Positions 1 through 5,324 of a stretch of 7,195 nucleotides of DNA are shown in pieces. Numbering within the stretch: position 1 is the first letter of the stretch; each line of letters starts with the position of its first letter. The notes under the pieces were generated by a model that was not told the DNA's origin, ran no database searches, and saw nothing but the letters and a program-made list of their open reading frames with translations. Made by a program: the position numbers and the translations under genes. Source of the stretch: Verrucomicrobia bacterium UBA3869 (GTDB lineage Bacteria; Verrucomicrobiota; Verrucomicrobiia; Opitutales; UBA9783); NCBI GenBank assembly GCA_002392285.1, contig DGGR01000030.1, positions 1 to 7,195 on the forward strand, in the 5' to 3' direction.

Positions 1-1047
1 GCAGCTTGATACTTCCAGCCAACGTTGTTGTCCGGCTGCCCAGACCTCCAAATCGTATTGTTCGGCATGGGGGAAGCCCATATCTCCGGTGCAAATCGCA
101 AGCACGCGGTAAGGAATTTCCAATTGTTTAAGCAAATCTTCTGCGTGAGACCTTAACGTTAGCAACGCTTGGGTGCTTTCCTGCGGTAAAACCCATTGAA
201 CCAATTCTACTTTGTCGAACTGATGAAGGCGGTTCAATCCCCGTACGTCTTTACCCCAACTGCCTGCTTCACGGCGAAAACAAGCAGAGTAAGCGCAACG
301 TTTGATGGGCAAATCTGCTTCGTTGAAAATTTCATTGCGGTAAAAATTCGTGATGGGAACTTCGGCAGTCGGAATTAAATAGCCTTCGTCCGTGCGATAC
401 ATCATGTTTTCCTTATCGGGCAGCTGACCGGTCGCTAATGCACTGTCGGCGTTAACCAATAAGGGCGGTAGGATTTCCAAATAACCGTTTTTGCGGGCAG
501 AATCTAAAAAGAACGCAATTAACGCGCGTACCAAATAAGCTAATTCACCGACATAAAATGGAAAGCCAGCGCCCATCACTTTAGAACCGCGCGAAAAGTC
601 GATTTTTTGTTCGAAATTGGGCAGGTCGTAATGAGGGTAGGCATGGGAAAGATCCTCGTTTTGCGGATGCCATTGATACAACTCGACGTTATCCTTGTCG
701 CTTTTGCCGACGGGAACGGATGGGGCCGGTACGTTAGGAATGCTGAGCCAAGCTTCCTTAAAGGCTTGTTCGGCCTGCTTATACGCAGCTTCTTTTTCTT
801 TAGTTAACTTCGAAAGGGTAGCGGCTTGCTGCCGAGCTTGGGCAAATTCAGGGGATTTTGGATCCAATTTACCTAGGTTTTTACTTAAGGCGTTCAGTTC
901 AGCTTTTGAGGATTCAAATGCCTGCTGTTGTTCTATGCGTGCCTTATCTAGTTGGGCAACTTGTTGTAAATCGCACGTAAAATGCTTGGTGGCCAATCGA
1001 CGGCAAACTTCGTCAAAGGAAGTACGAAAATAATGAATGTCTAACAT
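1..1047 (-). CDS. serS: Seryl-tRNA synthetase, N-terminal 349 codons; the C-terminal part lies beyond the window start
   Basis: Hand translation of the minus strand from the ATG (complement of 1045-1047) gives MLDIHYFRTSFDEVCRRLATKH... and stays open to base 1. The start is the typical SerS MLD start, followed by a helical arm rich in Q/K/E/A. Class II aaRS elements follow: GYLEILPPLLV, YLIPTAEVP, and motif 2 CFRREAGSWGKDVRGLNRLHQFDKVELV. It is absent from the ORF track because there is no stop codon in the window. Confidence 0.93.
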   Translation of the reverse strand, partial: MLDIHYFRTSFDEVCRRLATKHFTCDLQQVAQLDKARIEQQQAFESSKAELNALSKNLGKLDPKSPEFAQARQQAATLSKLTKEKEAAYKQAEQAFKEAWLSIPNVPAPSVPVGKSDKDNVELYQWHPQNEDLSHAYPHYDLPNFEQKIDFSRGSKVMGAGFPFYVGELAYLVRALIAFFLDSARKNGYLEILPPLLVNADSALATGQLPDKENMMYRTDEGYLIPTAEVPITNFYRNEIFNEADLPIKRCAYSACFRREAGSWGKDVRGLNRLHQFDKVELVQWVLPQESTQALLTLRSHAEDLLKQLEIPYRVLAICTGDMGFPHAEQYDLEVWAAGQQRWLEVSSC

Positions 1048-1056
1048 AAATTAAAT

Positions 1057-1140
1057 TGGTGCTCAAGAGGGGACTCGAACCCCCACGCCTTTCAGCACAC
1101 GCACCTCAAACGTGTGTGTCTACCATTCCACCACCTGAGC
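1057..1140 (-). tRNA. tRNA-Leu, anticodon GAG, class II with long variable arm, CCA encoded
   Basis: Minus-strand read: GCTCAGG TG GTG GAATGGTAGA CAC A CACGT TTGAGGT GCGTG TGCTGAAAGGCGT GGGGG TTCGAGT CCCCT CTTGAGC A CCA. It folds as a cloverleaf with a 7-bp acceptor (one G-U) and a Leu-type D-loop. The anticodon loop TTGAGGT has U33 and G37. The variable arm is 13 nt and the T-loop is TTCGAGT. Confidence 0.9.
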
Positions 1141-1239
1141 ACTTTTACAAAACCAGTTTAGCGAAGTTTTAAGACGTACCTCAAGCATAAACTGAAATAG
1201 GTTCAAAAATCAGGGAAGAAGATAGCTTAGGGAAATAAC

Positions 1240-1314
1240 TGGAGCCGACTGTCAGACTTGAACTGACGACCATCCGATTACAAATCGGGAGCTCTACCAC
1301 TGAGCTAAGCCGGC
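1240..1314 (-). tRNA. tRNA-Thr, anticodon UGU, CCA encoded
   Basis: Minus-strand read: GCCGGCT TA GCTC AGTGGTA GAGC T CCCGA TTTGTAA TCGGA TGGTC GTCAG TTCAAGT CTGAC AGTCGGC T CCA. All four stems pair, with one C-A mismatch at the top of the anticodon stem and one G-U in the acceptor. The anticodon loop has U33 followed by TGT. Confidence 0.9.
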
Positions 1315-1316
1315 AT

Positions 1317-1392
<76 letters not shown>

Positions 1393-1590
1393 ACTCCCAT
1401 TACTATTTGGATAAATGTGTACAAAAATCAAGGTAAAAAGACAGACGTCAGTAGATTTATTGGCCTATTTATTTTATAGGAGCAGAAAAGATAGGTTATT
1501 TTTGAACTTGCAAAGAAAAAGCTTGTTTGTTTATTCATAAGCTGTTTGTATCCCTTCAAGGATTTAGAGGTTTAAAAGGAAAAATCGGTT

Positions 1591-1827
1591 ATGGTACGTA
1601 TTTGTTACATTACAGGTAAAAAGCGGGTTGTAGGTTCATGCATTAGCCGTAAAGGTCAATCGAAAAAGAGTGGTGGTATCGGTACGCACGTTACCAAAAA
1701 AGTCCGTCGTATTTTTAAACCCAATCTACAACGTGTAAAAATTGCTCTGTCTAACGGTCAAGTTCGGCATGTTTGGGTATCTGTTAAGGCGTTGAAAGCC
1801 GGTTTGGTTGAAAAAATAGTTCGTTAA
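1591..1827 (+). CDS. rpmB: 50S ribosomal protein L28, long form with a basic internal segment
   Basis: The 78-aa product MVRICYITGKKRVVGSCISRKGQSKKSGGIGTHVTKKVRRIFKPNLQRVKI... has the L28 signature (C-x-x-TGK near the N-terminus, then R-F-x-PNLQ). The GQSKKSGGIG...KKVRR segment matches the Thermus/Chlamydia-type L28 as I remember it. AAGGA lies about 11 nt upstream of the ATG. Confidence 0.9.
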   Translation: MVRICYITGKKRVVGSCISRKGQSKKSGGIGTHVTKKVRRIFKPNLQRVKIALSNGQVRHVWVSVKALKAGLVEKIVR

Positions 1828-1843
1828 TCGAACGTTTGACCGA

Positions 1844-1863
1844 CCTTTAAGGATCCTTAAAGG
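1844..1863. repeat. Perfect 20-bp palindrome CCTTTAAGGATCCTTAAAGG between rpmB and prmC; possible hairpin or operator, function unknown
   Basis: The sequence equals its own reverse complement and is centred on GGATCC/GATC. It starts 17 nt after the rpmB stop and ends 26 nt before the prmC start. As RNA it would form an 8-bp AU-rich stem with a GAUC loop. No U-tract follows. Confidence 0.6.
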
Positions 1864-1889
1864 CTGGTAGTTTGCAGGATTAATGCTAG

Positions 1890-2744
1890 GTGATGCACTT
1901 AGGGGATGCGCTACAAAAGTTAACCGATTACTTTGAGCGACATGGTATTGATAATCCCCGTACGGATGCAGAATGCTTGATGGCATTTACCCTTCGTTGC
2001 AAGCGACTAGACTTATTTTTAGATTTACAGCGCTTGTTAACGGATGACCAACTGAACCAGTTACGTTATTATAGTGGTCGGCGGGCAAAGCGGGAGCCGT
2101 TGCAGTATATTTTAGGAACTGTTAATTTTTTCGGTTATTCGTTGCAAGTGGATGCGCGTGTATTGATCCCGCGGCCAGAAACGGAAGAGTTGCTCTATCA
2201 ATTAAGGCAGTATTTTAAGGACAACAATCGGTTACCGCAAAGGATTTTGGATTGTGGGACGGGAAGCGGTGCGCTTGCAATTGTGCTGGCAGCGTTTTTT
2301 CCGCACGCTCAGGTGGTGGCATTGGATCGTTCGCAACCGGCATTGGAAGTAGCGCGCAAAAATGTTCAGGCAAATGGAGTCCAAGACCGGGTAGCCTTGA
2401 TTGCGAGCAACTGGTTTGAGAACGTTGAGGGTTCATTTGATTGTATCGTCGCGAATCCGCCTTATCTATCGGAAGCTGATTGGGACTGCGCTCAGCCGGA
2501 AGTAAAACAATTTGAACCCCGACAGGCCTTAGTAGCTTCGGACAACGGTCTGTCGGATTTAAAGCAGATTATTCAAGGAGGCTATGACCATTTAAATTCC
2601 GATGGGGTTATGGTCATGGAAACGGGATTAGACCAACATCATGCGTTGGAAGCATGTGCTCGTTCTTGCGGGTATAAAAAAATGCAATCAACACTTGATT
2701 TGTCGCACCGCCAACGTTATTTTTGGTTGTGGACAAATGCATAA
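1890..2744 (+). CDS. prmC: Peptide chain release factor N5-glutamine methyltransferase (HemK/PrmC family)
   Basis: The 284-aa ORF has a SAM-binding motif LDCGTGSGALAI and the catalytic IVANPPYL (NPPY) motif. It also has the HemK N-terminal helical region (PRTDAECLM...) and EPLQYILG. The start is either GTG 1890 or the adjacent ATG 1893; I cannot resolve which. Confidence 0.88.
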   Translation: MMHLGDALQKLTDYFERHGIDNPRTDAECLMAFTLRCKRLDLFLDLQRLLTDDQLNQLRYYSGRRAKREPLQYILGTVNFFGYSLQVDARVLIPRPETEELLYQLRQYFKDNNRLPQRILDCGTGSGALAIVLAAFFPHAQVVALDRSQPALEVARKNVQANGVQDRVALIASNWFENVEGSFDCIVANPPYLSEADWDCAQPEVKQFEPRQALVASDNGLSDLKQIIQGGYDHLNSDGVMVMETGLDQHHALEACARSCGYKKMQSTLDLSHRQRYFWLWTNA

Positions 2745-2748
2745 GTCA

Positions 2749-3462
2749 ATGAAACGTATTTTATTAAAATTAAGTGGTGGTTTTTTTCGCGATGGCGAGG
2801 TTTTATGGTCCGTTGATAAGCTTCAAAGTGTTGCGAATCAATTGAAAACCCTGCTCCAGGATAGCCTGCAAATAGCCATTGTTATTGGAGGCGGTAATAT
2901 ATTTCGTGGAGGGCGTAATGATTACCGTTTAGATCGTGCACAAGCGGACGCAATTGGTATGTCGGCTACCTGCACGAATGCGCTCTTTTTACAGTCGTTT
3001 TTGCAATCAGAGGGAATCGAAACTGTTCTGTATGGCACCTTTTTAACCGGAGGCGCTATTAACCCCTTTTGTCCGGTTCAAGTTCAGAAGCAATTAGAAC
3101 AGGGGCGTGTGGTTATTTTGTCGGGAGGTACCGGACATGCGTTTTTTTCAACTGATACGGCGGCGGCTTTGCGGGCATTAGAAATCCATGCGGATGCGCT
3201 GTTAAAGGCTACTACGGTTGATGGGGTTTATGATAATCCACCGGATCAATTCCCCGATGCTAAGCGCTTTGACCATTTGACCTATGATGAGGTTCTGGAA
3301 GGCCGGTATGGGGTGATGGATGCGTGTGCGTTTGCTTTATGCCAAGAGCAAAAATTGCCTCTATTTATCTTTAATGCAGGTAAACCGGATGCCATTGTTA
3401 AAGCCGTGCGTGGGCAAATAATAGGGACTTGGATTGGCGATAAAAAATCTTTATCATTCTAA
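2749..3462 (+). CDS. pyrH: Uridylate (UMP) kinase
   Basis: MKRILLKLSGG..., VIGGGNIFRG, GMSATCTNALFL, VVILSGGTGHAFFSTDTAAALRA and LKATTVDGVYDNPP match amino-acid-kinase-fold UMP kinase motifs. The ORF-track start at 2641 lies inside prmC and is an over-extension. The plausible starts are ATG 2749 (MKRILL) or ATG 2737 (MHKSMKRILL), which overlaps the prmC stop by 8 nt. Confidence 0.9.
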   Translation: MKRILLKLSGGFFRDGEVLWSVDKLQSVANQLKTLLQDSLQIAIVIGGGNIFRGGRNDYRLDRAQADAIGMSATCTNALFLQSFLQSEGIETVLYGTFLTGGAINPFCPVQVQKQLEQGRVVILSGGTGHAFFSTDTAAALRALEIHADALLKATTVDGVYDNPPDQFPDAKRFDHLTYDEVLEGRYGVMDACAFALCQEQKLPLFIFNAGKPDAIVKAVRGQIIGTWIGDKKSLSF

Positions 3463-3480
3463 TATCTACTGAGGAATTTT

Positions 3481-4044
3481 ATGTCAAATAGTTCACCGAT
3501 TGGGGAAAGCACAGAAGCAGCGATGCAGAAAGCCATTGAGCATACGCAACATCAAATGGGTACGCTTCATACCGGCAAAGCGGATCCGCAGATGTTGGAG
3601 GGGATTAAGGTCGAAGTTTATGGGTCGATGATGCGCCTGAAAGATATTGCGAGTATTACAACGCCCGACGCTCGTTCTTTGCGCGTACAACCGTGGGACA
3701 AAACCAACTTAAAACCCATTGAAAAGGCTATTTTGTTGGCAAATTTGGGTATTAATGCGAGTATTTTAGGCGAATGCGTATTTTGCCCGCTTCCTGATTT
3801 AAGCCGTGAACGCCGAGAAGAATTGGTAAAGGTGGCCAATAAAATAGCTGAAGAAGGTAGGGTGTCGGTACGCAATTGCCGTCAGGAAGCGCTTAAGGTT
3901 GTTAAAGCAGCCAAAAGCGAAGGTACGTACACGGAAGATGACGTTAAGCGCCTAGAGAAAGAGGTACAAGCCCTAACGGATCGCTACATCCAAAAGATAG
4001 AAGATTTGCTAGCGGGTAAGACGAAGGATTTGAAAGCTTTATAG
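3481..4044 (+). CDS. frr: Ribosome recycling factor
   Basis: The 187-aa product contains HTGKADPQMLEGIKVEVYGSMMRLKDIASITTPDARSLRVQPWDK, PLPDLSRERREELVK, VSVRNCRQEA and DDVKRLEKEVQALTDRYI, the typical RRF pattern. GAGGA lies 5 nt upstream of the ATG. The pyrH-frr adjacency is canonical. Confidence 0.95.
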   Translation: MSNSSPIGESTEAAMQKAIEHTQHQMGTLHTGKADPQMLEGIKVEVYGSMMRLKDIASITTPDARSLRVQPWDKTNLKPIEKAILLANLGINASILGECVFCPLPDLSRERREELVKVANKIAEEGRVSVRNCRQEALKVVKAAKSEGTYTEDDVKRLEKEVQALTDRYIQKIEDLLAGKTKDLKAL

Positions 4045-4066
4045 GAGCTTGGTTTCGAAAGCAGGA

Positions 4067-5308
4067 TTACCGGAAGTTGGTCTTCGGATCTTGGTAGGGT
4101 TCTTGATAAGAAAGCCCGCCTTTCCGGTAGAGCTTCGCCTTCTCTTCTTTATTCATATTGGTTTCGGTAGTAATTTTCCAACCTGTTTTCGCTTGCGAAG
4201 TATGTTTGGTAGCCACCTTCGTCTTAGCCTTAGTAGATGAGGTTTGCTTTTTGTTGGTACGGTTGAGTTTAACCGAATCTTTTTTATCGGATAGCTTTTG
4301 AACAGGAGGTTGTTCGTTGGGGATTTCCTCATGGTTAACCGGATGATCCACCTTAGGGGCCTCTGGTCCTGGAATGGGTTGAGGGTCGGAATGGATTGAA
4401 GTCGGGGAAGGAGGTTCCGATGGGATCGGATTGGAAGGATGCTCTTGAGGCTGTTCCAATTTCGGTTCGGGTTTAGGTGGTACCGGATTCCCTTGAGAGG
4501 GGATGTTAACGGGATCTTGTTGGCCCGGAGCTTTTTCAGGATTAAGGATGGGGGATACGTTCGGTTCGGCATTATTGGGTGGATTTTCAACTGGGTTTTC
4601 TGGTGCATTTTCTTGTGCAGGAGCGATGGGCTTAGCTTCTGTTTTTTCAGCCCGGCTTAACAGAAGGGATTGGTGGACCTGGATCATCGCACATAGGCTA
4701 TCGACAATCGCTTTGTTAATGGGGTTTTTAAGGGCGAGTTTGGCTTCAAGAAAGCTGCTGGGACCATTTTGAGCTAGAATGTTGATCAGATCCATTAGTT
4801 GCTCCTGCGATTGAACTGTTTTATAGCCAAGTTTTTGGTATAAAGCGGCTGTATTTTTAAAAATCGCATTTTCCAAATCATTGATCAGTGCTTGCCCTTC
4901 TTTATCCGAAAAATCTTGCTTGGAATGGGTAATTTGATGGGCCAAGCTCTTGAGCTCTTGGGTGCTATTATTGAGGGTATGAACCGCGCTGTCCCTGAAT
5001 TCCTTAAATAATAGGTGCTTGATGTTATGGCCGATATTCAGAACGATTTGCTTAATACTTCCGAAGAAGCCGCGTCCGCTTGTGTCATGGGTTAAGGAGA
5101 CCAAGCGGGTTTTGTCCGCCTGATGCATATTCGCTAAGGATTGAGTAGCCAGGGTGGTTGTGTTGTTCAGAAGCGCCTGATTGGATACAGCTACCGAATG
5201 ATTATCGACCTCCGGAGCATTTTGCGGGGCTGACGCAACCTGCGAGGGGTTCAATGAAGGGGAATTAGGGATGATAGACATAGCAAAAACTAACGGTTGC
5301 AGAGGCAT
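4067..5308 (-). CDS. Hypothetical protein ORF-A (413 aa): helical N-terminal region paralogous to ORF-B, then a proline-rich linker, a Lys/Thr/Ser basic tail and a terminal YQEP-YQDP
   Basis: This is the longest ORF in the region. AAGGA lies 3 nt before ATG 5308, and the gene starts 16 nt downstream of the ORF-B stop, which suggests an operon. A protein-level block is shared with ORF-B although the DNA has diverged (Ser TCC vs AGC, Leu TTA vs CTG at aligned positions), which argues that both are real coding genes. I see no signal peptide, no TM segment and no known catalytic motif. An alternative start is Met10 (MSIIPNSPS) at 5281. Confidence 0.75.
   Translation of the reverse strand: MPLQPLVFAMSIIPNSPSLNPSQVASAPQNAPEVDNHSVAVSNQALLNNTTTLATQSLANMHQADKTRLVSLTHDTSGRGFFGSIKQIVLNIGHNIKHLLFKEFRDSAVHTLNNSTQELKSLAHQITHSKQDFSDKEGQALINDLENAIFKNTAALYQKLGYKTVQSQEQLMDLINILAQNGPSSFLEAKLALKNPINKAIVDSLCAMIQVHQSLLLSRAEKTEAKPIAPAQENAPENPVENPPNNAEPNVSPILNPEKAPGQQDPVNIPSQGNPVPPKPEPKLEQPQEHPSNPIPSEPPSPTSIHSDPQPIPGPEAPKVDHPVNHEEIPNEQPPVQKLSDKKDSVKLNRTNKKQTSSTKAKTKVATKHTSQAKTGWKITTETNMNKEEKAKLYRKGGLSYQEPYQDPKTNFR
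4298..4633 (-). other. Low-complexity proline-rich segment of ORF-A (about aa 226-337; rich in P/N/E/Q, with PxxP, PPKPEPK and SEPPSP strings)
   Basis: The translation reads KPIAPAQENAPENPVENPPNNAEPNVSPILNPEKAPGQQDPVNIPSQGNPVPPKPEPKLEQPQEHPSNPIPSEPPSPTSIHSDPQPIPGPEAPKVDHPVNHEEIPNEQPPVQ. This compositional bias also explains the overlapping shadow ORFs in other frames of the track. Confidence 0.85.
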
Positions 5309-5324
5309 TTATCCTTATAAGTAT

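Noticed and set aside
196-1033. Plus-strand ORFs at 196-378, 607-807 and 695-1033
   Set aside because: All lie antisense to the strongly supported serS reading frame. Their products are low-complexity and have no motifs, so they are shadow ORFs.
1415-1540. A 41-codon plus-strand ORF (MCTKIKVKRQTSVDLLAYLFYRSRKDRLFLNLQRKSLFVYS) in the tRNA-Lys/rpmB intergenic region, which could be a leader peptide
   Set aside because: It has no Shine-Dalgarno and lies in AT-rich sequence where such ORFs arise by chance. Nothing ties it to rpmB regulation. The small CCTAT...ATAGG inverted repeat inside it (about 1465-1481) has only a 5-bp stem.
1726-2436. Minus-strand ORFs at 1726-1986 and 2215-2436
   Set aside because: They are antisense to rpmB and prmC, whose frames carry clear family motifs. 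The products have no features.
2641-2748. The N-terminal extension of pyrH given in the ORF track (MRWKHVLVLAGIKKCNQ...)
   Set aside because: It overlaps the last 100 nt or so of prmC in another frame. UMP kinases begin close to the K-x-x-x-K-x-S-G motif, so an internal ATG at 2737 or 2749 is the real start.
3493-3875. Minus-strand ORFs at 3493-3690 and 3618-3875
   Set aside because: They are antisense to frr and have no supporting signals.
4070-4087. The hairpin CCGGAAG-TTGGT-CTTCGG as a bidirectional intrinsic terminator for frr and ORF-A
   Set aside because: It has a 6-bp bulged stem, no flanking U-tract on either strand, and lies inside the ORF-A coding sequence. That is too weak to call a terminator.
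4256-4300. A possible WH2-type actin-binding motif (PVQKLSDKKDSVKLNRT) after the proline-rich region, by analogy with TarP-like effectors
   Set aside because: When the LNRT is aligned to the LKKV of the WH2 consensus, charged residues fall where the hydrophobic helix positions should be. The match does not hold.
4049-4772. ORFs at 4049-4240(+), 4153-4608(-), 4439-4660(+) and 4503-4772(+), all overlapping ORF-A
   Set aside because: They are alternative-frame and antisense shadows produced by the biased CCN/GGN-rich composition of the proline-rich segment. Only the 413-aa frame is continuous and shows paralogy with ORF-B.
4298-5308. A TonB-like architecture for ORF-A (a Pro/Glu/Lys-rich spacer resembling PVPPKPEPK)
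   Set aside because: There is no N-terminal transmembrane anchor; the only hydrophobic stretch is about 9 residues. The C-terminus is a short basic tail, not a TonB C-terminal domain of about 90 aa.
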